Source of the DNA: Lama glama
Lineage: Eukaryota
Direction of reading: 5' to 3'
Assembly: GCA_028534125.1 (NCBI GenBank)
Contig: CM052816.1
Location: 101,062,001 to 101,122,000, forward strand
Length of the DNA: 60,000 nucleotides
A program made the position numbers and the translations under genes. The notes beneath the pieces are model-generated. The model saw only the letters and a list, made by a program, of their open reading frames with translations. It did not search any database and had not been told where the DNA came from. Every line of letters begins with the position of its first letter. Position 1 is the stretch's first letter. Positions 49,401 through 60,000 of this stretch are shown in pieces.

Positions 49401-50600
49401 TCTTTTCATTTAATAGACTGCGCTTCCAGCTCTAGAATATTACTGTGGTTATTCTTCTGTGCTTTCTACTTCCCTGTTCACTGTGTATTCACTCACTGTT
49501 CATCATTCCCCGTTCGTATTATTCATTCACTTTCCTTAACTGCTTGTAAATATTTAGAAGCGGTTTCAACATTCCTTTTGGCTGTTTTTATCGTCTCGGT
49601 CATTTCCGGAGCTTGTCTCCCAGGAACGAGTCAGTTTCTTCCCATTTCTGTTGCGCGCTGTGCTTTGCAGTCACGCCTCTGAGCGGCTGGCCTTGCTGCC
49701 TTCCCTCGGTGAGCGCTGAGGATTCCTCTTCCAGAGGAAGTTAATCTCCCAGGGGTCAGGCTGGTCCGCTGAAGGCTGACCCCAGGCTGACTTGGACGCA
49801 GGTGAGCCTTCACCCTGGATGTGGGCTAGCCCCACTACTGAGGTGGGCCTGTCCTGGGCTCTTTACTGAGCGTCCCAAGCATTCGACGAGGTCTTCCTGC
49901 TCTGCCTGGTCAGACCCTGAACGTGCGCCAGCCCCCGACAGTCCTCAGGGTCGTCCGTTGCCCAGAGACAGCAAGAATGAAGGAATTAGCAGGCAAGCAC
50001 TTTTTAAAAGCTCTCATGAATATGTCTGAGGACTCAAAGAAAACTGAACATGCTGAGTCTTTATTTTTGCTGTTTTTTTTTTTTAAGATTCTATGAGTCT
50101 GTTGTTTTTCAGGTTTATTATAATGTATGTGAGAATGGATTTCCTCTTGCCTGAGTGTTGCTGGAGATTAGCTGGGATTCTTAAGTTTCTAGATCGGGGT
50201 CTCTAGGCAGCCCTGGGAAATCCCCACCGTTGCCTCTCCACACACCCTCTCTCAGCGCTCGCTGGGTCATACAAGTCTGTCGCTCCCCACATCATCCCGG
50301 GGACCAATCTGTTCTCCTGCAGCTTCCTTCCTGAAGCTTTCTGTTTAGGGCATTGGGGGCTGTTTTACAATTCACTAGTTCTTTTTTTTTTTTTTTTTTT
50401 TTGCTATGTTAACTTCTCTTAAACTCATCTATTGAGGGTTTTTTTCAGTTTTTAATATTGTATTTCTGGAAGTTCTAGTTCAATCTTCTACAGATTAGCT
50501 TTATCATTTCCTGATCCTTGCGAGTATTTCCAAGCTTGTTTTTAATCTGTTATTTTATAATCCATGTTCAATGATTCCAACCTCTGAACCCTCAGGGGCC
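46480..50600 (-). mobile_element. Old L1 block, antisense (ORF2 5' part to ORF1 to 5' region), interrupted by a gap
   Basis: 'ttttccatttcatctaagttg', 'gtcaatttactgaccttctcaaagaaccagct', 'gttgatttccagttcaaatt', 'ggtgagaagtgagcc', 'cagcccatccagtgacttc'. Confidence 0.8.
46896..47395. other. Assembly gap (500 N) flanked by an exact 199-bp duplication
   Basis: 46697-46895 is identical to 47396-47594. Confidence 0.97.
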
Positions 50601-50760
50601 TTTTTCTATAAGGCTTGGCTGTGCCCTGAGGTGTGTTTCTGGAGCAGGCCACAGGTGCTGAGAGCAGGGTTGAGAAAGGACTTTTTTCTCTTCTTCAGAA
50701 GAATTTCAGAAAAAGGGGGAGACTCACGCCTCTACTTTCATGGCCTAAAATGAATACCAG

Positions 50761-50885
50761 GGGGAGGTTACGGTTCAGTGCTAGAGTGTGTGCTTAGCAT
50801 GCATTGAGGTCCTGGGTTCAATCCCCTGTGCCTCCTTCAAATAAATAAATAAATAAACCTAATTATCCCCCCAAAATAATAAAAA
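50761..50885 (+). mobile_element. tRNA-Ala-derived SINE (camelid type) with A-rich tail and TSD
   Basis: Head 'ggggaggttacggttcagtgctagagtgtgtgcttagcatgcattgaggtcctgggttcaatccc' (AGC anticodon arm, B-box GGTTCAATCC); tail (aaat)n; TSD taaaatgaata(c/t)cag at 50746-50760 and 50886-50900. Confidence 0.92.
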
Positions 50886-50904
50886 TAAAATGAATATCAG
50901 TAGC

Positions 50905-51100
50905 AGTTAACACTTATGGTGCACTTTTTAATTCATACATCTATTTTGTATTTTAATTTCCGCAAAAATTACCTGTGAGTTAATTTATTATCTCTTTCCT
51001 GGATAAAGAAACTGAGATTTGAACAAGGTAACGTCTTGCCAGATTTGCATGGTGAGAAGTGGCCACGATGAACGAGCTCCGGCCGTTCTGACCGTACCGA
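50905..51100 (-). mobile_element. MIR SINE fragment
   Basis: 'ttattatctctttcctggataaagaaactgagatttgaacaaggtaacgtcttgccag...gagaagtggc'. Confidence 0.6.
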
Positions 51101-52776
51101 GTGGGATGGAGCGCGGAAGACGGGACTGGGAGACGTGAAACAACCGTCTCAAAGTCAGAGAGGCGGCGAGTGAGGCTGTGGGGGAGAAATGAGGGCGAGT
51201 GGGTGGGAACACCTGAGCCTGAGAGCAGGGACCTCAGACGTGAGTCCCCGCACAGACAGGAGCGACACGGAGGAGCCACGTGTCAGCAAAAGCAGGAAGA
51301 GTCGGTGGTGTCCCTGAGGAGCGTGTGACCACACCTGGAACCCTCGGGGCTCCTGTCTGCTTCCCCAGCTGTGAGAGCTGGGGCTGGGAGGCCGCTGACC
51401 CTCCACCTCACGTCACAGCACGTCGCAGGGTCTGCAGGGACATAAGACACATCTCAGAAGTGAAATACCATTCTCTCATTTCGAAGGTTTTCAATGTTTG
51501 GAACTTGAGGAATTCGTGTCTAAGTTTCTCACTGCCAGCCTAAACGCTAAAGAAATGGCAGCAAACAGATTTTGTGTGGTCACTTACAAGCTGTACCCAT
51601 TTATAAGTTGCATATACAACCATTTCTCTGGAAAACAATCCTCCAGCTCTTCATCAAGGTGCAGCCCCCCCACCAGACGACCAGTGTCACCCACTCCTCA
51701 CAGTGCCTCACACAAGCCACCTTCTCAGGCGACACGACCCCAGAGGGTGGGAGGGAGGAGCCCGCGAGCAGCCACACGCTCGGGGCCGCCCGCCCAAGCC
51801 CCTCGACCTGTCGCCTGGTGCTGCTCCCCGGACCCCACAGTGACCGTCACTTCCCTGCTGGACGGCAGCAGTGGGAGGGTGAGCTCACGGTCCTTCCTAG
51901 ATGCCCTGAGGGGCTCCTGTAACCAGTCACCCCAGCCCCCCGTGGGCAAGCAGACTGGCTCTGCCGGCACGTGGAGCGTGCACCAGGCCCTGGGCTGGGG
52001 GCCACGCTTCTGGTACCCGTCTGACCTTCGCGCCCTCAGAGGAAGTCAGTTCTGGGCTGGGGGTTTCTTGTCACGTTCTCAAGGTCAAGTAGAGAGAGGT
52101 TTTAGTCCTGGAGAGGATGACTCCTGACAATCTGTCAGTCACGTTTCTAAAGACGCGGCTCACTGATGGCGGATGAACTGAGAAGAAGCCGCACACTCAT
52201 TAGCACACGAGAGCCGACCCCTCACGCAGCTCCGGGGACGCCCTCCAGCCCGGAGCGATGCTGACTCGCACCGCTGCAGCCACACTCTCTAGGATCAGCC
52301 ACAAAGGCCGACACGTGACCGTAAACAGCGAAAGGCCGCCTGGCCCTCGGGGGCCGCCGGGGCGCCGGGCTGCGCGGCGCCAGCCCGGGGACGCAGAGGC
52401 TCGCCGGCTCCGGGGGTGGGGGCTGCGCGCTCGGCCGCAGCCCGCGGGGAGCTTGGAATCAGCTGGGCGGGCGCACTGACACCACGCAGTCGGCAAGCGC
52501 TCCAGATCAGGGCCGTTCTCCCCAGAGACGCGTTTGTGACTGTTTACAAGGCCACCAGCGGGGTAAACTCGGGACAACACGGTGGGCGTTCAGTGGACGT
52601 CTTCCTGCACGGGACAGGATAACCAAAATATAAACTCACATACCCAGAGAGAAAATAGTTAACAGAAGCTGATGAGTGAAAAAAAAGGGTAAGAATAAAA
52701 CTGCTCTAAGGTGAAATTTAGCTGTAACTTTTTTAATGGTAATCACATGGCCTCATTCCTAGAGCACTCTCTTAGA

Positions 52777-52890
52777 CTTTTTGAGATTTTATTTCATTTT
52801 TCCCTTTGACAGAGGCGCCGGGATTGAACCCAGGACCGCGCACACGCCACGCACACGCCCTGCCCCCAAGCCGTGCCCCCAACCCCAACC
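52777..52890 (-). mobile_element. Second tRNA-Ala-derived SINE, GC-shifted
   Basis: T-rich tail followed by 'gaggcgccgggattgaacccaggaccgcgcacacgccacgcacacgccctgcccccaagccgtgccccc', homologous to the reverse complement of the 50761 copy. Confidence 0.85.
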
Positions 52891-53684
52891 CCGCCCCGCC
52901 CCGGAGCGCTCCCACATGCTTCAACATGAGCGCTGATGCCCCTGTGACAGGCACCCGAACCACCAGCCGTGGGCCCTGGGGCGGGGGACACTGATGCCCG
53001 ACATCCACAGGACGCCACTCGCGCGCCGACCTGCCGCCGCACGGGGAGCTCAGTGGGTGGAATTCACCGGCCACTGCAGTGTTGCTAGCTTGCTGTTGGC
53101 TCCCGAGGACAGAGCGTCCTCTGTTCTGCCTCCTGGGCGCAGGCCTGTGCTGGCAGGGGCTGGGGCTCTGGGGGCTGGTGCCCAGGGCTGGGCCTGGCTC
53201 CTCAGGCGTGAAATCAAGAAAGCCTGTTAGCCCTGGCCCACGGCTCTGCGGGTCCCCAGCACAGAAGACCCAGAGCTGTCCTGTCCTTCCTAACCACACA
53301 GTCCCCGCTCTGGTGGCCCACTGCGCGCTGTGGGCGGGGCGCCTCTGCCCCGGCTCTCCGCACCACACAGAGCTCCCTCTTGGCGCTGTTACAAGGCTGG
53401 GCTGGCGCCAAGTCTTGACCCGGGGGGGCCCCAAAGGTGGCAGGAGAGCCGCTTACTCACCCCAAGTGTGGCCACACACTAGCCCCTTATTCCCAACTGC
53501 CTTCCGTCTCTCAGGAGTCAGAGAGGTCTCACTGTTACTGCCTGGGTGGCTCCACTGGCCCCAGGGAGGGACAACACGTCCACGGGGGATTAAGCCCTAT
53601 TCCATTTCCAAACTGGAGACAGAAAGTGCTTTGTCGTCCAACATTTGGGAAACAGAAGTGATGTTTAGCAGAGAGCAGAGCACA

Positions 53685-53810
53685 TCAGCGCTCTCAAATA
53701 GCATGTTTCTTTATCTCATAAACAAATTATGCAAGCTCTCTCTTCTTCCAGAGTTAGCAATGTCACCATTAATTATGCAGCCGCCAACAATGAATTTGGA
53801 AACACGGGAA
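53685..53810. promoter_or_regulatory. AT-rich island, candidate enhancer
   Basis: TAAACA (53719-53724), AATTATGCA twice (53725-53733, 53771-53779), AACAATG (53786-53792). Confidence 0.45.
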
Positions 53811-55639
53811 GGCGTGTCATGAATGTTTCAACTGCCGGCTCGTCAAGACATCATAATCTCTAAGTAGATCACCTGTCGGCGCCAGGACCTCCTCCCCTCG
53901 CGATGAAGACTTCGGTCGTGGACTGGACACCCCGGACGCCGGCTGGTGGGTGGCGGGGTGAACGCCCCGGGGTGGGACCCACATGCTTGTGTGACTGGCT
54001 GCATTTGGCACTATTTAGTGTCCGCATGTCTTTCCTTTTAGAAAAGGGAGTAAACACTGATGGCATGAATCATCACTCCGACTCCCTTTTCTTCAGCAGC
54101 TTCACTCTGCTCCGCGCCCCACGCCTGCTGCGAGCATCCTTGCTGCCCTCAGCGTTACTGAGGTACCATCGCAGGGTGGGTACCTGCATTCTTTCTTGCG
54201 AACTTTCCCTGTCACTACATGACCCTCTTTGCCTCAAGATCAGCAGAAACCGGCTGGAGATTCCTCGCTGTCTCGGTCCCCATCAAGCCAGCACACCTCT
54301 CCCTGGCGACCGCGGTGCCCCTAAGCCCACCCGACCAACCCTCTGCCTGCGCCAGCTCCACGCCCTCGGGTTGGAGAGGGACTCTTGGGGGCTGGGGGCG
54401 AAGGCGCCCTGTCCCATCCCCCTTCTCCGGTGGGAATGGCTGATAACCAAAGGACTCAGTCCTTAGCCTAACCCTGAAGGCCAGGCAAGAGTCATGTACT
54501 GACCAGAGCAAAGGGGCAAACGTCCCCGCGTGGGTGGTGGGCACACGCTACGGCGAAGCGCAGAGGTCACTGCAGACTCTTCAAGGGGTGACTACCCGCG
54601 GGACTCACTCATTCGCCTCAGCGCAAACCTGGAAACAGCATGGAAGAGGAGACACGCCTCTGCACACGTGGTTTAGGACGGTGCTGCTGAAAGTCCGCTC
54701 TCCTTCCAAGAAGGAGAATCAGGGGGACGTGCCAGCAGCTCCGGGCCTCGGGGGCGACTGGCAGGGCAGCCTATGACCTCAAGGACACGCGCCGCGGATG
54801 TGCAGCCAGCATCCCAAACAGGCTGCTTTCTTCTGCGAAATCTCTGCTAACTGGTCGCCGCGGCCTTCACAGTGTATCATGTCAAAGACAACCAGAATCC
54901 TAAACACGGTCGGTATTTGAAATTATTCCAAAGTAAAAGATACACTTTTAAAGAGAAAAGCAACATGAAAAGCAAGTTGATTAAATCACAGCTTATCTCA
55001 GGAATGGTCACCAAGTCCCTGGAGTTCTTCCCAGAGATGTGGCGGTGAGGACACACGGCTGCCAGCTTCGCTGGGCTTCACATGAATTTCCTCAATACAG
55101 TTAATTACAATACAGAGCATCTTTTAAATGAATGGATGCGCAAAACCAGCTTCGTGGGTAGCTGGCTACTTGGACGCAGGAACCCAATCCCCACCACGTA
55201 AGAGTGAAAACACAATACTGAGAAAGCACATGAACAAAGGAGAACCCAGCCAGGAGAGTAACTGGGAGACGGTGCCCAGCAGCGCGCTCTGCGCATGCCA
55301 GCGCAGTCCCAGGGGTCGCCAGCGCCGGCGAGAACACCCCTCGCTGACAACCCAGCGTGCAGCGGTCAGGCCCACTTGTGAGAGTGAGGACTGGCCCGGG
55401 GACTGGGGAAGAGCGCAGGGCCTCCGGTCGGCAGGCCGGAAAGCAGCCGGCCAGAGGGTCCCAGGTGTGAACAGAAAGCAGAGGGGAGGGCGCGTCCAGG
55501 CGCAGGCGGAGGGCGCGGCTCCGGGAGGGAAGGCGGAGGCAGCCCCTGGCTGCCCCGAGTCGGCGAGGAGGCCTGGCCTCAGCACGCCGCGGCGCCGAGG
55601 GCCACCGCGCCTGCCATCCTCCCGGGCTGCTGGACACAC

Positions 55640-56050
55640 ACAGGCGCCTGTGTACGAGCGTCACCCAGCCTGAGAGAGACAGGCGGGAAGGGGCCGGGCA
55701 CAGACACCGAGGGGCCGACACGGCAACTGAGGACAAACTGGCCAGAACCAAGACGGCGGAGGAGCCTCCTTCCCGGTGACCTTGAGCCTTATGGCACACC
55801 CACGGTGCACAGTTCCTGGGAGCACCCACGCCTCCCCCGCGCAGCGGTGCTCCTTCTCCCGCACGCAAGTGCGTGAAGTCACAAGCCCGCAGCAGCGGAC
55901 AGCCTTGCGCCTCGCGGCCGCGCGCTCACCTCCTGGGCCACCCGCAGTTCGTCTGCGGAGCGTGCGTCTCTCAAAGTAAACTTGCTTTCACTTTACTGTG
56001 CCTCGCTCTCGGGTGTTTCCCTGCGCGGGGAGAGAACCCTCTTCTCCAGG
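55640..56050 (+). mobile_element. MER41-like ERV1 solo LTR, GC-shifted
   Basis: 'aaactggccagaaccaagacggcg' and 'agtaaacttgctttcactttactgtgcctcgctc...ctgcgcgggg agagaaccctc' match recalled MER41-family motifs; 5' boundary uncertain. Confidence 0.65.
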
Positions 56051-56864
56051 AGCACGAACGCAGACGGGAAGGCAGAACTCCCACAGCCCTTCTCCAGAGG
56101 GAAGACGTGGGCACCCCACCACACTGTCCCCCAGAGGAGACAGGAGACACCCGTGTCTGTGGGGGCCGGGGTGGAGCCCCGACGGTGACGCACGTGGCTC
56201 TACGACAAAGCTCTGCAATGAGGCCAGCGTCACGCAGCACTCAGGATGGAGGACTGCAGTGCACTTCCGGCGAAGGACGCTGTGAGAAGGAGGAGGAATG
56301 CAGAGACGGCGGCTGTTCTGCTCACGCGTTAAGGCTACGAAGTGAGAAGCAGCCCCTCGGGGCTCCCTCCGGGTCAGAGCCCACAGCCTCCGAGGCCCAC
56401 GTTCAGGACGATGGACACAAAGGTCAGAGGGGACGCTAGAGGGGCGGGACAGTCAGGCAGCCTCAGGCCACTGCGGGGCTGTTTTAACTGCGGGAAGGCA
56501 AGAGAAGGAGCTCTGTGAGCTTCCAAAAGCTGTTCTGAACAGGCCTCCTTCTAAGAGCTTGGAAAAACCAGTTCTACATAAAAAAAGAGCAACAGAAGAG
56601 GATCAAAATCAAATCGTCCACCAAATCCTTCTAAGAGGGAGAGGAACGAGCCGAGTGCTGTCCCCACACGTCACCAAACGTGCAGAAGAGGCACAGGAAC
56701 AGAGCGAGGCTGCGCCTGGCTGCAGAGCCGGCCGACTGCGCCAGGTCGACGGTGTAGATGTGAGGACAGGCCACTCAGAGCAGGAAAGCTCAGAGACGCG
56801 CTCCCGTCGCCCAGGAGGTCATTAGAAATATGAGGAAAGCACTTCAGATGCAGAGTAAGACAGA

Positions 56865-56945
56865 ACGCAAGAGCGAAGAATGCACTCCGGAAACTGACAC
56901 AGCATTGCAAACCGACCGCAGTTCAGTTTAAAAAATGAAAATGAA
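56865..56945 (+). mobile_element. Young L1 3' tip
   Basis: 'tgcactccggaaactgacacagcattgcaaaccgaccgcagttcagtttaaaaaatgaaaa'. Confidence 0.65.
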
Positions 56946-57329
56946 GCAGAATTAATTAATTAATTCCTTTTCAAAAGGAAAAGCACTGTAACCTTGACAT
57001 GTACGGAAAACAACACGCTGAAGTTTACAAAAGCATTAAGCTGCTTATTTTTATCCGGATATGGTCTCATTTTTGAGACTAAGTGATGAAAGATAAAAAC
57101 CAATAGAACAGGAAATAAAATCAATGAATAAGGAAAACGGATGGCAAGAGAGTCAGAACATCCTGATCATAAAAACACGTCGGAAAGAGATCTCAGCATT
57201 CGCAAGGACGTGACAAATACTGGAGGCAGAGAGAGCCCAGGACACGAGTGACCGGGAGAGCAGGCACGCAGGGTGGGGCGGGCGTGGGGGGTCCCGTCCT
57301 CAGGGGAACGGTCCTGGCGGGAAGGAGCG

Positions 57330-57585
57330 CGCGGTGACCACAGGTAACAGCAGTGTCCCTGCATTTGAAGGTCACTAAGAGAGTAGATTTTTTTCCTTTT
57401 TTTTTAATTGTAAGAGAGTAGCTTTTTAAAGTTCCCCTCCCCCCACAGACAGAAGAAGCTACGTGAGGTGATGGGTGTGTTAATCTCGCTGTGGAAATCG
57501 CTGTGCAGTATACATGAGCATCAATCACACCGCACACCTGCAACTCACTCAGTGGTACCTGTTGGTTGTATCTTAGTAAACGGGG
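57330..57585 (+). mobile_element. L1MA/MB 3' UTR fragment
   Basis: 'gcatttgaaggtcactaagagagtagat...ctacgtgaggtgatgggtgtgttaatc...gttgtatcttagtaaa'. Confidence 0.75.
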
Positions 57586-58773
57586 GGGAGCCAAATAGAA
57601 AGAGCAAAATAAGCACTAACGACTGTCATTCAAGAAAGAGTTCCTGAAATAAACTTTCAAAGGATTGGGACGATCACACAGAAGGCAGCCGGCCTGCTGT
57701 TAGCTTGGGCAGGCCCCATCCCGCGCGCCCCGGCCGCACTCGCCCCCTTCTTCAAACTAGGGGAGGACCGGCCCCCGCTGCCATCCCCTCTTACAGCCGG
57801 ACAGTCCGCAGGCTGCCGGGCCCACGAGGACAGCTGGGAGGGCTTCCATTCAGGAGCGGGTCTTAGATGCGGAGGTCCCCCGAGGTCTGAGTGCCCAGAG
57901 GGGACAGAGCTGAAAAGCCACTGTCCAGCCTGCACACGCCAGGACCCAGGGACCACGATCCAGTGCTGCGACCCCCGCACAGAAACCAAGCGGCAGGCAG
58001 AGGAGGGGAGGGATGTGCTCCACTTCGCCCGCCCCCAGGCCACCCCAGGAGGGCGGCGAGGACACCCCAACTCTGGGCGGTGGGCGGTGGGCGGTGGGGC
58101 AGGGTCCGGGTCCGCTGGTCCTGCTCCCTCTCCGGCCCCTCCTGCCCCAAAGGCCCTTCCGCGTGAGGCGGGCGTCACAGGTGCCCCCATGCACCCCGGG
58201 ACCCTGTCCCAACTGGAGTGAGACCCCAAAGTCGGCAGCCAGGATCACCAGTTCCAAGGGCAACAGCGCCACCACTGGGTGGGCGCGGAGAACGCGCCGA
58301 CTGGGGGGACACCGAGAGGGGCAGGGGACCCAGATGGGCCTGGGCACAGGGGGAGATGGCTTGGGCAGGTCTCCTAACTCCTAACGCCTTAATGAAGATG
58401 ACAGGCCCTCGAGGAAGCAAAGGGTCCCCTCTCGTGTCCTCCTCCCCCCCCACCCCAGCCTGGGCGCGGTGCGTGGAGACCTGTCCTGCTCTGGGCTCAG
58501 GGAGACGTGCATGGTCCATGGCTGTCCTGGCTCAGGGGTGGGGGTCAGCCCTGACTCGGCCCAGCCCCTCTGCTCCCGTCCCTAGTAAACAGTTCCTTTC
58601 GGAAGAGACCACGGGCCCAGGGGCACAGCGGGCTCTCTTCACCCCAAGTCCCTCTAGCAGCTTGGGACCCTCACCTCCTGGGCGGGGTGGGGGTGGGGGG
58701 AGGTCTCCTTCCTCTGCGGGGCCGACCCCACACACCCCACGCCCCTGGGTGGCCAGGTCAAGAGCTGCCTACG

Positions 58774-58840
58774 ACTGACACAAAAATGTAAACTGACTGC
58801 ACTTCAGTAAGTGTATCTGTGCAAAAAGTCTGTTTTTCAG
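58774..58840 (+). mobile_element. 67-bp L1 3' tip insertion with TSD
   Basis: 'actgacacaaaaatgtaaactgactgcacttcagtaa'; TSD aag(a/g)gctgcctacg at 58760-58773 and 58841-58854. Confidence 0.8.
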
Positions 58841-60000
58841 AAGGGCTGCCTACGCCCCCGCCCCTGGCGTCCAGCGAGCTTGCGTCTCCCAGGGGCCGGG
58901 GCAGTGGCACCGATGAGGCACCGCTCCATCTGAGGCCGGTCTCTCTGGGGTGACCACCTCTTTGAAGTTTGCCCGGGACTTTCGAGTTTCAGAACTGAAG
59001 TCCCAGAACACCCCTCTCACTGGGACCCCTGGAAGCCCCGCAACCCAAGCTCGGGGCTTGGCTGGTGCAAGAAGAGGCCTTTCCCACCCAGAGAGGCCGT
59101 CCACTGGGGAGTGAGCGTCACGCCCCGGCAGGCCTCACGTGGACGCGGCGGCCCGGAGGCCAGGACGCGGCCCGGGCCGTCATCCCGAGGTGTTCTCTTG
59201 CCAACGTCCAGCCCCGCGTGCAGGCCCAGCACCGTGTGCAGGGCCCAGTTGTGCTGGCCGGCCGGCGGGGTCTCATCCCTGGGTCCCTGGGTGAAGACAG
59301 ACAGGGGGCTCTGGGACAGAGGGAGGGGGCCTGCTGGGAAGAGAACTCCACGGAGGGGCTGTGCGGAGAAGCCGCCCGAGTCCTGGAGGGGGTCCCCAAG
59401 TCTCCGCAGGGCTGCTCCTCATGCTTTCTGTTCTTAGGAGGTCTTCTCGCTCTCCCCAGGTCTGCAGACCCTCCCCTCGGAGGCCACCTGCACCCCTGCC
59501 CAGCTCCCTGCTCCTGTCACAGAACCGGCTCCCGCCCGGCGTGCGGATCGGAGCCCGCAGCCGCTGCTCTGTGGGCAGAATCACGGGCTCCCAGGCCCCC
59601 TCCTGCCTCTGACGCCCTGCTTGGCGCCTCTTTCCACTCCAGGTTCTGGAGGGTTCTCTCCCCCCTGCTCCCCAGCTTGCCTGAACTCCAGCGTCACCGC
59701 TGTCACACGCACCCCCTCCCCGGACCTCAGGTGAGGTGCTTCCCCTGGTCCCGCCCCTGCAGCCCACACCGTCCGCCTCCCTCCTCCAGGAGACCTGGTT
59801 TACACGGAGCAGACATCCCTGCCACTCCTTGTTTTCCTGTGTCTTTCTTATCCTGCCACACACAACCCTACTCTTTGCTTCCTCCCTCCTGACACCTCCC
59901 TGCCTCCCAGGCTCTCACGCTCTGCTCTGGGCTGGGGCTCCCTGGACATCCAGCCCTTGGTCAGAGTCAGGGCTCCCTCCCTGAGCACGTCAGCCCTCTG

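Noticed and set aside
50761..50835. tRNA-Ala(AGC)-like gene
   Set aside because: It has mismatched stems, an A-rich tail and a TSD, so it is a SINE head rather than a functional tRNA.
56949..56966. 18-bp perfect palindrome GAATTAATTAATTAATTC
   Set aside because: It is an (AATT)n simple repeat next to an L1 A-rich tail and is self-complementary by construction.
59065..59892. 275-aa ORF and other long GC-rich ORFs (5678-6256, 6599-7204, 53079-53822, 55101-55868)
   Set aside because: Pro/Arg/Gly/Ala-rich with no recognisable domain, mostly non-ATG starts, and overlapping ORFs in many frames, as expected from stop-codon scarcity in GC-rich DNA.

Overview
Mammalian, GC/CpG-rich, apparently non-coding DNA, most likely from a camelid: it has two tRNA-Ala-derived SINEs of the camelid type and artiodactyl-type L1 3' ends, and I saw no Alu, B1, Bov-tA, PRE-1 or Can-SINE copies. 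I cannot support any cellular protein-coding gene. The ORF track consists of GC-rich chance ORFs, CA/TG low-complexity ORFs, ORFs running through N-gaps, and two L1 ORF2 remnants at about 14.0-14.8 kb. Much of the window is interspersed repeat: old and young L1, MaLR/ERVL LTRs, a MER41-like ERV1 LTR, MIR, L2, CR1 and hAT MERs. There are two N-gaps of about 500 nt, one flanked by an exact 199-bp duplication. The main points of interest are: (1) local, directional AT->GC rewriting of repeats, consistent with GC-biased gene conversion hotspots and supported by paralogous controls inside the window; (2) several AT-rich, homeodomain-motif-dense islands that look like conserved enhancers of a nearby developmental gene; (3) a candidate spliced non-coding transcript with a possible 18-nt microexon at about 23.0-23.9 kb; (4) several very short L1 insertions with target-site duplications (TSDs). 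I found no convincing new biological system. Repeat family names come from recalled consensus sequences, and boundaries are approximate unless a TSD is given.
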